The position numbers were made by a program, and so were the translations under genes. A stretch of DNA of 64,000 bases from NCBI GenBank assembly GCA_019308905.1, contig JAFDHF010000002.1, positions 75,854 through 139,853 of the forward strand, read 5' to 3'. Below the pieces are notes generated by a model. That model was not told the origin of the DNA, searched no databases, and worked only from the letters and a program-made list of their open reading frames with translations. Position 1 is the stretch's first letter. Each line of letters opens with the position of its first letter. The DNA comes from Deltaproteobacteria bacterium. GTDB taxonomy: Bacteria > Desulfobacterota > BSN033 > WVXP01. Shown here one piece after another: positions 39,369-48,896 of this stretch.

Positions 39369-39407
39369 TTTTGCCCCGCCGGCGCTTGCTGCGCCGGCGG
39401 GGCAAAA
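39369..39407. other. 17-bp perfect GC-rich hairpin (ttttgccccgccggcgc-ttgct-gcgccggcggggcaaaa) after the LivK-like gene, with a T-tract on the 5' side and an A-tract on the 3' side
   Basis: Inverted repeat read directly from the sequence. It has no 3' U-tract in either orientation, so it is likely an mRNA-stabilising or processing hairpin rather than a canonical terminator. Confidence 0.5.
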
Positions 39408-39514
39408 AAACCACCCGGAAAGGATGAAATCCTGTTCTTCGTGACAGGGGCTCCGCTTCGGAAGATCCGAAGACACGGCCCACATAACCGGACAGCGTAT
39501 TTCATTGAACGGAG

Positions 39515-40231
39515 ATGTTGCTTTCAGCCAGAAACCTGAGTATGAGATTCGGGAACCTCCTCGCCCTGAACTCGGTCAGTTTCGACGTGGCCGAGGGTGA
39601 GGTGTTCGGAATCGCAGGGCCCAACGGTGCGGGCAAGACAACCCTTTTCAACGTCATCACAGGATTCTATCGAGGGACGGGCAAGATTCTCTTCGGCGGC
39701 GGGGAAATTCAGGGCCTTCAACCTCACCAGATCTGTCACCGCGGCATAGCGAGAACCTTTCAGCTTCCCAACATCTTCGCAAGCCTTACCGTCTATCAAA
39801 ACATCAGATTCGGAGCACACTTCGGCAACCCGGGAAGCCCGACCAAGGACAAGGAGATCGAGGAGATACTCGAGCTGACCGAGCTGGAAGAGAAGAGGGA
39901 TCTGCGTACGAGAAGCATCGATCTGTTCGCCAAGAAAAAAACAATGCTTGCCAGCGCCGTTGCGACAAAGCCGAAACTCCTTCTCCTGGATGAGCCGATC
40001 GGAGGGCTCAACCCTGACGAAATCGATCATTTTCTGAATCTGATTGGAAGAGTGAGAGTCGAACTCGGTGTTACCTTCATGATCATCGAGCATCTGATGG
40101 AGTACCTCATGGAGCTCTCCGATCGTCTGATGATCTTGGATTTTGGTGAAAAAATCTGTATCGGTACCCCTTCGACGGTTGCCAGAGACAAAAGAGTCGT
40201 GGAGGTCTATCTCGGGGAAGGGTCGGCCTGA
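39515..40231 (+). CDS. ABC transporter ATP-binding protein (LivG-like)
   Basis: Walker A (GPNGAGKTT), signature and Walker B motifs. Confidence 0.85.
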   Translation: MLLSARNLSMRFGNLLALNSVSFDVAEGEVFGIAGPNGAGKTTLFNVITGFYRGTGKILFGGGEIQGLQPHQICHRGIARTFQLPNIFASLTVYQNIRFGAHFGNPGSPTKDKEIEEILELTELEEKRDLRTRSIDLFAKKKTMLASAVATKPKLLLLDEPIGGLNPDEIDHFLNLIGRVRVELGVTFMIIEHLMEYLMELSDRLMILDFGEKICIGTPSTVARDKRVVEVYLGEGSA

Positions 40232-40944
40232 TGCTGCAGGTGACAAGGATAGACACCTACTATGATGAATTCAGGGTCCTCAAAGAGATTTCTCTATCTG
40301 TTTCGGAGGGAGATCTTGTTCTTGTGTTCGGCCCCAACGGCCACGGGAAGAGTACACTGCTGAAAACCATCTCGGGACTGATAAAGCCGTCAACCGGAAC
40401 GATCGAGTTCGATGGAAGAGAAATCCACCACCTCCCTATCGACCGGATCGTCGCGATGGGATTGGTCTATATTCCGGAAGAGAGACACCTGTTCACCGAA
40501 ATGACCGTGCTGGAAAACCTCAAACTCGGGGCATACAACCCGTCGGCCTGGCCGAAGCTGCAACAGAGTCTTGAATTCGTTTTCAACCTGTTCCCGAGGC
40601 TCGAAGAGAGGAAAAAGCAGATCGTCTCGACCCTGAGTGGAGGGGAATTGAGGATGCTTGCCATAGGCCGAGGGCTCATGGCGGGAGCCAAGTTTCTGGC
40701 GATAGACGAGCCGTCTCTGGGATTATCGCCGATCCTCACAAGAGAGGTCTTCCGCAAAATCGAAGAAATCAACAGGAACAACATCACCATCCTCCTGGTA
40801 GAGCAAAACATAAAGGAGACCGCTTACATGGCCCGCCGTGTCTATCTCATGGAGGACGGCCGCATTACTTTTGGCGGCACCAAGGAGGAGGCTCTTCTGA
40901 ATTCTAGAGTCAGGCAGGCGTTTTTGGGGAGAAAGAAGGCATAA
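40231..40944 (+). CDS. ABC transporter ATP-binding protein (LivF-like)
   Basis: Walker A (GPNGHGKST), LSGGE signature, and a 1-nt overlap with the upstream gene. Confidence 0.85.
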   Translation: MLQVTRIDTYYDEFRVLKEISLSVSEGDLVLVFGPNGHGKSTLLKTISGLIKPSTGTIEFDGREIHHLPIDRIVAMGLVYIPEERHLFTEMTVLENLKLGAYNPSAWPKLQQSLEFVFNLFPRLEERKKQIVSTLSGGELRMLAIGRGLMAGAKFLAIDEPSLGLSPILTREVFRKIEEINRNNITILLVEQNIKETAYMARRVYLMEDGRITFGGTKEEALLNSRVRQAFLGRKKA

Positions 40945-40946
40945 AA

Positions 40947-41816
40947 GTGACCAGTCTCTTCGTTGAATCTCTCATAAGCGGCATTACCCTCGGAGCCGTC
41001 TATGCCGTAATTGCCATGGGGCTTTGCCTCGTCTACGGAGTGTCGAAAATCTTCAATTTCTGCCACGGAACGATGTTCACCCTGGGCGCCTATTTCGCGT
41101 GGCTCTGCATCAACAGGTTCCATCTCAACTATGGACTGACCTTCCTCATCGTCCTTCCCGTGATGTTCGGAATCGGTCTGGCCCTTGAGCGAATCGTGAT
41201 CCATCCTCTCCGATGGAAATCCGACTGGCAATTCACGACCATTGTGGCGACCCTAGGAGTGGCCATTCTCTTGGAAAACATGATCCAGATAGTCTTTAAC
41301 CCGAGAACCAAGATGCTCCCCCCGATTCTCGAAGGGACGGCTGGAATCGGCGGGTATGTGATCAGCAGGCACGAAGTGATCATCTTTTTCGTGGCCATTT
41401 TGACCATCGTCCTGACACAGTTCTATCTCACCAAGGCCAAGACGGGAATGGCGGTTCGAGCTGTCTCGCAGGACACCGAAGGGGCACAGATCGTCGGAAT
41501 AAGGGTGGACCGTCTCTTCTCTTACACATTCGGCATTTCTGTGGTCATGGCGGCCATCGGCGGCATCCTGATGGCCCCAAAATTCTATATCACCCCCTCG
41601 GGAGGATGGGTACCACTGATCAAGGGATTCATCATCGTGTGTTTCGGAGGGCTTGGAAGCATCCCGGGAACCCTATACGCCGCATTCATATTGGGGATCT
41701 TCGAGGCCATGGTTTCGCTCTACATTGGACCTCTCTGGGTCTTTCCCTTTTGGACCCTTCTTTTCATTCTGATCCTCTCCTTCAAGCCGCGAGGGCTTTT
41801 GGGTGCATGGGGCTGA
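40947..41816 (+). CDS. branched-chain-amino-acid-type ABC permease (LivH-like)
   Basis: BPD_transp_2 membrane protein. GTG start. Confidence 0.85.
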   Translation: MTSLFVESLISGITLGAVYAVIAMGLCLVYGVSKIFNFCHGTMFTLGAYFAWLCINRFHLNYGLTFLIVLPVMFGIGLALERIVIHPLRWKSDWQFTTIVATLGVAILLENMIQIVFNPRTKMLPPILEGTAGIGGYVISRHEVIIFFVAILTIVLTQFYLTKAKTGMAVRAVSQDTEGAQIVGIRVDRLFSYTFGISVVMAAIGGILMAPKFYITPSGGWVPLIKGFIIVCFGGLGSIPGTLYAAFILGIFEAMVSLYIGPLWVFPFWTLLFILILSFKPRGLLGAWG

Positions 41817-42810
41817 GTTCATGACCGACCGCAAGAAGTACATCGCACCACTCTTTTTGCTGTTCTTCCTGCTGTTCCCCCTCTTCGTCCGGGACCGCTA
41901 TATCATTCATATCGTCATTCTGTGTTTCATATGGGGTGCGGTAGCCGAGTCATGGAATCTGATCATGGGATACGCGGGCATCTTTTCCCTCGGCCAAATC
42001 GGTTTTTTCGTGATCGGGGGCTATACCTCGGCCATGCTCTCCAAAGCCCTCGGCTTGTCCCCATGGCTGGGAATGCCGTCCGGCGGACTGCTGGCTGTCG
42101 CCGCAGGCCTGATAATCGGCCTCCCATGCCTCAGGCTCAAGGGTGTCTATATCGCCTTGCTCACACTGGCCTTTGCGGACTCTATTCCATACCTCATCAT
42201 TCTGACGGAGGGAATCGGGAGTGGAGGGTCGAGCGGTTTGCCGGGCATCCCTTCCCTGTCTCTCGGGGGCTTCGATTACGGGTTCGAAAAAATACCTTAC
42301 TACTACACGGCCCTCGTTCTATCCGGAATCTGTCTCTTGGTCATATACAAGGTGATCCGCTCGAACATCGGGCTGGGCTTCATGGGGCTCCGGGACTCGG
42401 AGGATTTTGCCAAGAGCCTGGGAATCAACGAGTATAAGTACAAGCTCCTCGTATTCGGAATCTCTGCTTTTCTAACGGGCATAATGGGGGCGTTCTACGG
42501 TCATTACGTTTCGTCCCTGGGTCCCAAGCTCCTTGGGCTAGATCTGTTTCTAACCGTTATCATGATGGTCGAGTTCGGTGGAACCGGACGCTTTCCAGGG
42601 GCCCTCCTCGGGGCGTTCATCATCACTCTGCTCAATGAATTCTTGAGGGCGTTCGGACTATACCGGCTCGTCATCTTGGGGGTCGTGGTTGTTTCATCCA
42701 TTATCTTCATGCCCGAAGGAGTGATCGGGTACGTCGACTACATCGGTCGAATCCGTGTTCTGGCCGGAGCAGGCAGAGCAAGACAGAAGGGCGACACGGA
42801 TAAGCTTTGA
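41803..42810 (+). CDS. branched-chain-amino-acid-type ABC permease (LivM-like)
   Basis: BPD_transp_2 membrane protein. An alternative start lies at 41821. Confidence 0.8.
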   Translation: MHGAEFMTDRKKYIAPLFLLFFLLFPLFVRDRYIIHIVILCFIWGAVAESWNLIMGYAGIFSLGQIGFFVIGGYTSAMLSKALGLSPWLGMPSGGLLAVAAGLIIGLPCLRLKGVYIALLTLAFADSIPYLIILTEGIGSGGSSGLPGIPSLSLGGFDYGFEKIPYYYTALVLSGICLLVIYKVIRSNIGLGFMGLRDSEDFAKSLGINEYKYKLLVFGISAFLTGIMGAFYGHYVSSLGPKLLGLDLFLTVIMMVEFGGTGRFPGALLGAFIITLLNEFLRAFGLYRLVILGVVVVSSIIFMPEGVIGYVDYIGRIRVLAGAGRARQKGDTDKL

Positions 42811-42859
42811 AGTGCCTCGTTTCCAGGCACCTGAAAGAGTATCGAACTCCGGGAGCCCT

Positions 42860-43714
42860 ATGGATACTTTCAAGTGGCCACAAGGTTACAATAGCGCCGC
42901 CACTTTCAGCTTCGATGTGGACGCCTCTGCCGAGGAGATGCTCCATCACGGAACCGTTTCCGGGGCCTACTCGGCCGGAAACTACGGCCCCAGGGCCGGT
43001 CTCCCCCGCATTCTCGACTTACTCGACGGGCTCGGTGTAAAGGCAACTTTCCATGTACCCGGCTGGGTCGCGGAAGTCTTCCCGAGGGAAATCAAGGAGG
43101 CCCACCAGAGGGGACATGAAATTGCAGCACACGGATACCTTCACGAGAATATCAGCCTTCTTGATTCCGACACAGAGAGGGAAATCCACAGGAAATCCCA
43201 CGGAATACTCGGCGATTTGACCGGTACCCCCCCTAGAGGCTTCAGAACACCCGGAGGTCCTTTGACTCCGAGGACCATCGAGATGCTCCTCGAGTTGGGT
43301 TATGATTATGACAGCAGCTCGTGCAGCGACTATTTCCCGTCATTGCTCACGGTGGGAGAGCACAGAGTCCGAATGGCTGAACTCCCCTGGTCATGGCTCC
43401 TCGACGATTTTCCCTTTTTCTGGGGAGGGGTGGACAGCGGCAATTTCGCTCCTATCAGCCTTCCAGACGATGCTCTGGAATACTGGATCGCCGAGTTCGA
43501 CAGTATCCACGAAATCGGCGGTCTCTGCGTGCTTGTCAATCATCCCCGCTGTATCGGCAGACCTTCGAGAATCCGTATCCTGAAGGAGTTCATCAATCAC
43601 GTCAAGGACACCCCCGGTGTCTGGCTCACCACCCAGGAAAGGGTCGCGGACTGGGTTTTGGGAAAGCATGAAACCGGTGACAAGCCCCTTGGAAGTCCGG
43701 GGAGTCGGCAATGA
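42860..43714 (+). CDS. polysaccharide deacetylase (NodB-homology / PuuE-allantoinase-like) family protein
   Basis: NodB motifs (TFSFDVD...HVPGW...HGYLHE). Start refined to the ATG at 42860. Confidence 0.75.
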   Translation: MDTFKWPQGYNSAATFSFDVDASAEEMLHHGTVSGAYSAGNYGPRAGLPRILDLLDGLGVKATFHVPGWVAEVFPREIKEAHQRGHEIAAHGYLHENISLLDSDTEREIHRKSHGILGDLTGTPPRGFRTPGGPLTPRTIEMLLELGYDYDSSSCSDYFPSLLTVGEHRVRMAELPWSWLLDDFPFFWGGVDSGNFAPISLPDDALEYWIAEFDSIHEIGGLCVLVNHPRCIGRPSRIRILKEFINHVKDTPGVWLTTQERVADWVLGKHETGDKPLGSPGSRQ

Positions 43715-44535
43715 GGTTTTCATGGCCAAAAGGGGAAACCTGTGCCGTTTTGCTGAGCTTCGAGTTTGATGCTGAAAGCGTGGAATGGGGATATAAGAGG
43801 ACCATTTCAGGGGCGGACGACATCGGCGGGTTTTCTCCGAAGTTCGGCATACCCCGAATCCTGGAAGTCCTCAACAAATACCGGATCAAGGCGACCTTCT
43901 TTGTTCCCGGGTGGGATGCCGAACGGTATCCCCGAAGTGTCCGAGAAATCGTAGAGGAAGGCCACGAGGTGGCGGCGCACGGCTACGTCCACGAGGACCT
44001 CTCCCGACTCGACGCGGGTGAAGAAACAGAAGTCTTTCGAAAAACCCATGACCTTCTGAGAGAAATAGCCGGAACCCCGCCTTGCGGGTTCAGGGCCGGA
44101 GCATACAACACGCCTCTGTCCCCCCATACACTTGCTATTCTGCAGAACCTCGATTATCTCTACGATAGCAGCTTCCTCGACCATGACCTGCCGTACCGTA
44201 TCTCTCTGGATGGCAAGACCACGAAACTGATTGAAATTCCTTGGAGTTGGCCCCTCAACGACATCGTTTTCGCCTCTCCCCCTATCTCCTGTGGCCTCGG
44301 GTATGTGCTTCCGCCCAGGACTCCCGGATGGATTCTCGAGTACTGGAAAGAAGAATTCGAAAGCCTTTTCACAGAAGTAGGGTTTTTCCACCTGGTAATG
44401 CATCCAAGAGACATGGGGAGAGGTTCTCGTATCCCTATTCTGGACGGGCTCCTTGATTTCATGAGGGGCCGGAGTATCTGGTTCGCCACCTGCAGGGAGC
44501 TTGCCGAGTGGTGCTCAGGGCAGTTGGAGACGTGA
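43711..44535 (+). CDS. polysaccharide deacetylase family protein, tandem paralog of the upstream gene
   Basis: Same motif set (LSFEFDAE...FFVPGW...HGYVHE). ATGA overlap with the upstream paralog. Confidence 0.75.
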   Translation: MRFSWPKGETCAVLLSFEFDAESVEWGYKRTISGADDIGGFSPKFGIPRILEVLNKYRIKATFFVPGWDAERYPRSVREIVEEGHEVAAHGYVHEDLSRLDAGEETEVFRKTHDLLREIAGTPPCGFRAGAYNTPLSPHTLAILQNLDYLYDSSFLDHDLPYRISLDGKTTKLIEIPWSWPLNDIVFASPPISCGLGYVLPPRTPGWILEYWKEEFESLFTEVGFFHLVMHPRDMGRGSRIPILDGLLDFMRGRSIWFATCRELAEWCSGQLET

Positions 44536-44684
44536 CAGCTAACCCTGGATGCGGCCCTGTGGCCTGTATCCCATGGGAGGCGGTGCCTCAGCGATTCAGA
44601 GAGACCCTCTCTCTTCACATTTCCCTTTTCCGGTGCTATACTGCACCCTGTTCCTGCCTGACGGAGTCACCGAAGGGGGAGGCC

Positions 44685-45977
44685 ATGCTTTCCGAAAAAG
44701 AGAAGAGTCTCCTGGGCCTCATCGACGAGAACAGGGACGGGATTGTTCGATATCTTAGAAAGCTCCTCGCCTTCAGGACAGTGACACCAGCACAGGGTCA
44801 AAGAGCCGAAACCGGCGACTTTCTGGAACATCAGCGGGTCGTCTCCGAGACACTGGAAGAAAGCGGATTCCGAGTCGAGACGTGGGAAATCGAACCCTCG
44901 AAACTCGAGCCGTTTCCGGGGGTATACATCGATCCAGAGAGAGATCTCAGCAACATGCCCGTTCTGGTGGGAAGGCTCCGTGGACAGGGAGGGGGCAGAT
45001 CCCTGATACTGAACGGCCATTACGACGTGGTACCCCCCGGTATCGTCGAAAACTGGAAGCATGACCCCTTTGGAGCGGAGATAGAAGACAACAGGATCTT
45101 CGGCCGCGGGTCCAGCGACATGAAAGGCGGCATCGCCGCCATGGTCCAGGCCCTGCGAATTATCCACACGTCGGGGATAAGACTAAATGGGGATGTCACC
45201 GTGGAGATCGTCCCGGACGAAGAGGCGACCAGCATGGGGACCCTGGCATGCTGCCAGAAGGGTTACAATGCCGACGGAGCCGTGATCCCCGAGCCTACGG
45301 ACATGAACGTGCTCATTGCCGTGCGCGGCAACCTGAGCGGTACCATCACGGTCTTCGGCAGGGCCGGCCATGCCGATATCAACCAGCCCCACTGGAAGGA
45401 AGGAGGGGCCGTCAACGCCATTTCAAAAGCCGCCAAGATCGTCCTCGCCCTCGAGGACCTCACGCGGGAGTGGAGAGACAGACCCGACAAGAGGCATCCC
45501 TACCTCGACCCGGATATCATCGTCCCCACGACAATCAGCGGCGGCAAGTGGGTTGTCTCTTATCCTGAGGAGGTCAAGATAGGATTCACCGCAGACTTCA
45601 ACTCGCCGGCCGCCAACCTCAGAGAAGAAATAGAGGCACAACTCAAGAGGGTGGCAGCAGCCGATTCCTGGATGAGGGAGCATCCGCCCCTCCTTGAGGC
45701 AGATCTCATGTACGGAGCGGAGATCGACAGAAACGAACCGATCGCAATGGCGGCCTTCACGACCCTCGAGGAACTCGGTTTCCAACCGCGGTTCTGCGGT
45801 TGGGGCACACTGACCGATGCCATCCACCTTGTGAACTATTCCAAGATCCCCACCGTCTCCATCGGGCCTGATGGAAGGACGGCCCATGAGACCGATGAAT
45901 ACCTCGACATAGAACAACTCACGGCTACGGCCAAGGCGCTGGCTCTTCTCATTCTGAGGTGGTGCGGATCGGAGTAA
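44685..45977 (+). CDS. M20-family metallo-amidohydrolase (ArgE/DapE/succinyl-diaminopimelate-desuccinylase-like)
   Basis: M20 metal-binding motifs (LNGHYDVVP, GRGSSDMKGG). Start refined to the ATG at 44685. Confidence 0.8.
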   Translation: MLSEKEKSLLGLIDENRDGIVRYLRKLLAFRTVTPAQGQRAETGDFLEHQRVVSETLEESGFRVETWEIEPSKLEPFPGVYIDPERDLSNMPVLVGRLRGQGGGRSLILNGHYDVVPPGIVENWKHDPFGAEIEDNRIFGRGSSDMKGGIAAMVQALRIIHTSGIRLNGDVTVEIVPDEEATSMGTLACCQKGYNADGAVIPEPTDMNVLIAVRGNLSGTITVFGRAGHADINQPHWKEGGAVNAISKAAKIVLALEDLTREWRDRPDKRHPYLDPDIIVPTTISGGKWVVSYPEEVKIGFTADFNSPAANLREEIEAQLKRVAAADSWMREHPPLLEADLMYGAEIDRNEPIAMAAFTTLEELGFQPRFCGWGTLTDAIHLVNYSKIPTVSIGPDGRTAHETDEYLDIEQLTATAKALALLILRWCGSE

Positions 45978-46002
45978 ACAGAGCCCGTGCGGGAGAAGGA
46001 CG

Positions 46003-47247
46003 ATGAAAAAGGGCTTACGATATCGAACCAGGGAACTCTACCACCCGGAAAGGATCTCCATCTTCCCCATCGAAGAGTACACAAGCAGGATGACCAAGGT
46101 GAGGGAGGCCATGGCACGAGACAGGATAGATCTGTTGTACTGCTCCGCCCCCGAAAGCCTCTTCTACCTCACAGGTTACGAGAGCAGTTGGTATAGATCC
46201 GGAAGCCCCCGGGAGTGGCCGCCCCTGAGCGGGCTGGTCATCAAGCAGGATGTCGACGACCCGATCTTCTTCGAAATGGCGGAAGAGGAGGTTCTCGTGC
46301 GGACCACCTCCATAGTTGCCGATGTACGTATGCTGGATTTTGAATCCGCGGAGTACATAATCGACTTCGTGCTCAAGAGCCTCGACCACCAAGGGTGGCT
46401 CAGGGGAACGGTCGGTTTTGAGAAGTTGAGCTATCGCCCCCACCCTTACGCGAGCGGGCTCTTTCAGTCTGCCCTGGAAGAGCGGGGCCTGAGAGTCGTT
46501 GACGCCTCCCATATCGTCAGAGAGATACGGGCCGTCAAGTCCCCTCTCGAGATGGCCTACGTGCGGGTGGCCTCGAGAATCGCCGACATAGGCCTGAAGG
46601 CCGCTCTTGACCACGTATGCCCGGGCATGACCGAGATCGAGCTCCGCGCCGAGATCGACTATGCCTGTGCCAACGCGGGAGGAGAGAACCCCGGGCTTGC
46701 TACTTACGTCCACGGGGGACCAAAGAGCGCCGCCAACCACATGCTCGCCTCCCGGCGGATCATCAAGCCGGGCGACGTGGTGTACATCGATCTTTGCGGG
46801 GTCTATCACCGCTACCATGCGGACGTGGCACGGACCCTATGCCTGGGGGAACCAGACTCCGCAGTGGCCAGACAGGTCGAACTCTCTGCAAAGGCCTGGC
46901 CTCTCCTATTGGAAACCATAAGGCCGAACCTGCCATTTGCCGAGCTGACCAAGACCATGCGGGCCTATTATGAAGAGGCCGGAATCTGGGAAGACCGATG
47001 GTGGGTCGGCGGCTATGACCTCGGCATTGCCTTTCCACCGGACTGGGTGGGCGTCTTTTCATACGATCCGGAAACAGATCCCGGTGAGTGGGCCATGGTC
47101 CCGGGCACCGTGGTCAACTACGAGTCGGACTTCTACCTGCCCAAAGGTGCGGGCATGTCGGCCATCATGGATACCATAGCCGTCGGAGAGGACAAGGCGG
47201 AGATACTGAGCACGATCCCCCAGGAGCTCATCGTCGTGGAAGAATGA
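46003..47247 (+). CDS. M24-family metallopeptidase with creatinase/prolidase N-terminal domain (Xaa-Pro aminopeptidase / creatinase-like)
   Basis: Creatinase_N-like N-terminus followed by the M24 pita-bread fold (HGGPKSAANH...). Confidence 0.8.
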   Translation: MKKGLRYRTRELYHPERISIFPIEEYTSRMTKVREAMARDRIDLLYCSAPESLFYLTGYESSWYRSGSPREWPPLSGLVIKQDVDDPIFFEMAEEEVLVRTTSIVADVRMLDFESAEYIIDFVLKSLDHQGWLRGTVGFEKLSYRPHPYASGLFQSALEERGLRVVDASHIVREIRAVKSPLEMAYVRVASRIADIGLKAALDHVCPGMTEIELRAEIDYACANAGGENPGLATYVHGGPKSAANHMLASRRIIKPGDVVYIDLCGVYHRYHADVARTLCLGEPDSAVARQVELSAKAWPLLLETIRPNLPFAELTKTMRAYYEEAGIWEDRWWVGGYDLGIAFPPDWVGVFSYDPETDPGEWAMVPGTVVNYESDFYLPKGAGMSAIMDTIAVGEDKAEILSTIPQELIVVEE

Positions 47248-47262
47248 AAGGAATCCCAGGTC

Positions 47263-48567
47263 ATGGCAAAGGCAGCCTGGAGCAGTGGTTTCTATCCTTT
47301 CCCTTTTTGGGCCATGGACCAGAAGATCTGGTACAGGTACGTCCAGGCCCTGCGGGGAGATGACCGCAGGAATCTGTCGAGTTATCCTTTCAAGTGGGCC
47401 TATGTGCCACCTGACAGTCCGGAAGAGGCGGTGGAATTCCTCAACGATACGGGAACGGAAATAGATCTGGTGAGTGCAGACTCGGTCCTCGGCAAGCTGG
47501 AGAACATGCTCGATTTCGAAGGGATGAGGCGCCAGGGGCTGGTGGAATGGAGAGATGCGAGGACCGGCGAGGAGCCGGCAGACGGTTTTCGAATGATCGC
47601 GGAATGGGAACCCATGGCCGGTGTGCTTCTCAACTGGCCGATCTTCTACCCCCCTCTCTGGGATACTTTCCATCAGATTATCGCCGCCCTGGACCACACA
47701 ACAACCTTCCTCAGGATCCCCGAGGGTTACCTGGGAGCGGCCGTGCTGGCCTGGCTCGAAGCAAAAGGAATCGACCTCGACCGTGTCCGTCCCATCCCCG
47801 GTCCGGTGGGCGACATCTGGGCGAGGGACTACTCGCCGATATACGGGGTGAGCGGTTACAGCGGCAGGGGGGTCGCCCACAAGTTCTCCTTTGCCGCATT
47901 CTATCCGGACTACAGGATCACCTGCCGCCCGATCGTGGAGATAGATGACAGATTCGCCTGGACAGGGGGATTCACCCTCCGTCGCTCGACGATCCTGCTC
48001 GATGGGGGGAGCCTCATCACGAACGGACAGGGAACTTACGTGGTCACCCGAAGGGTACTGAAGGACAACTCGGCACTCCCGAATCTCCTGGCCCAGCTCG
48101 AGCACTGGCTGGGTGCGCGGCGGATGATCGTCATCGATGAAGAGCCCGGGGACCAGATCGGGCACATAAACTCTCTCAAGTTCATCGGTCCGAGCACGAT
48201 CCTCGTGGGAAGGCCCGACAGGGAGAACTCTCCGATTTCAAAATACTACGCCGCTGTTGCCGGCCTCCTCGAACGGGAAGGTTTTGAAATCGTAGACATC
48301 CCCTATCCGGCCGGTCTGTCCCGTCCCCTGCCCGATGGGGAAAAGAGCGCCCACGGCCTTTACGCGAACTGTCTCATGATAAACCGCCGCCTCCTGGTGG
48401 CCCGGTTCGGAAGCGACGACTATGACGCCCGGGCTCTCGAGGTGTACCGCAAGGCCCTGCCCGACTACGAGATATTCGACATCGACTGCTCGGTTCTCGC
48501 AAATGGCGGTGGCGCCATAAACTGCAGTACCAAAGAGATCCCCGATGCATCGAAGGCGAGTCGATAG
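47263..48567 (+). CDS. agmatine deiminase / Porphyromonas-type peptidyl-arginine deiminase family protein with an N-terminal extension of about 110 aa
   Basis: Guanidino-group-modifying motifs (AEWEP...WP, GDIWARDYSP, LDGGS...GQGT, GHINSL, C-terminal GGGAINCSTKEIP with the catalytic Cys). Confidence 0.7.
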   Translation: MAKAAWSSGFYPFPFWAMDQKIWYRYVQALRGDDRRNLSSYPFKWAYVPPDSPEEAVEFLNDTGTEIDLVSADSVLGKLENMLDFEGMRRQGLVEWRDARTGEEPADGFRMIAEWEPMAGVLLNWPIFYPPLWDTFHQIIAALDHTTTFLRIPEGYLGAAVLAWLEAKGIDLDRVRPIPGPVGDIWARDYSPIYGVSGYSGRGVAHKFSFAAFYPDYRITCRPIVEIDDRFAWTGGFTLRRSTILLDGGSLITNGQGTYVVTRRVLKDNSALPNLLAQLEHWLGARRMIVIDEEPGDQIGHINSLKFIGPSTILVGRPDRENSPISKYYAAVAGLLEREGFEIVDIPYPAGLSRPLPDGEKSAHGLYANCLMINRRLLVARFGSDDYDARALEVYRKALPDYEIFDIDCSVLANGGGAINCSTKEIPDASKASR

Positions 48568-48679
48568 GAGATGCAGCTGAGGCCGATGAGTGTTCTTCTG
48601 CGAGAAAGACGCGGCCGTAAGGTCGACAAGTTCCGGGAATCCTTGACCGAGAACCTGGAAAACCAGGGTCTCTTTTGTC

Positions 48680-48708
48680 TTGACAAAAGACATCCCCTAT
48701 CTTATAAG
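48680..48708 (+). promoter_or_regulatory. strong sigma70-like promoter (TTGACA, 17 nt spacer, TATAAG) followed by a leader of about 190 nt before the APC permease gene
   Basis: Hexamers read directly from the sequence: TTGACA 48680-48685 and TATAAG 48703-48708. Confidence 0.5.
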
Positions 48709-48896
48709 CTTTACTCTGTCTCATGTGGTATTTTGAAAGAATGCATGGGTTTCAAAAGAGGGTATCTGCTGGAACCCAACAAGGGGTTGTGAGGGCAGTC
48801 AAATCACAAAAGGGAAAGGAGGTGGAATCTCTAGGGATCTGACCCTTGTCGGTAGAGATATCCAAAAAGGGAAAAACAGAGGAAGGAGGGAAAGAA

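Noticed and set aside
39369-39407. Calling the 17-bp hairpin a canonical bidirectional rho-independent terminator
   Set aside because: The U-tract needed 3' of the stem is absent in both orientations. The T-run is 5' and the A-run is 3' on the plus strand. It is reported as a hairpin of uncertain function instead.
48709-48896. Guanidine (ykkC, mini-ykkC or ykkC-III) or glycine riboswitch in the APC permease leader
   Set aside because: The sequence has CUAGGGA but lacks the conserved guanidine-I elements (CUAGGGUUCCG, ACGR loops). No tandem ACGR hairpins for guanidine-II were seen. It is kept only as an unexplained long leader.
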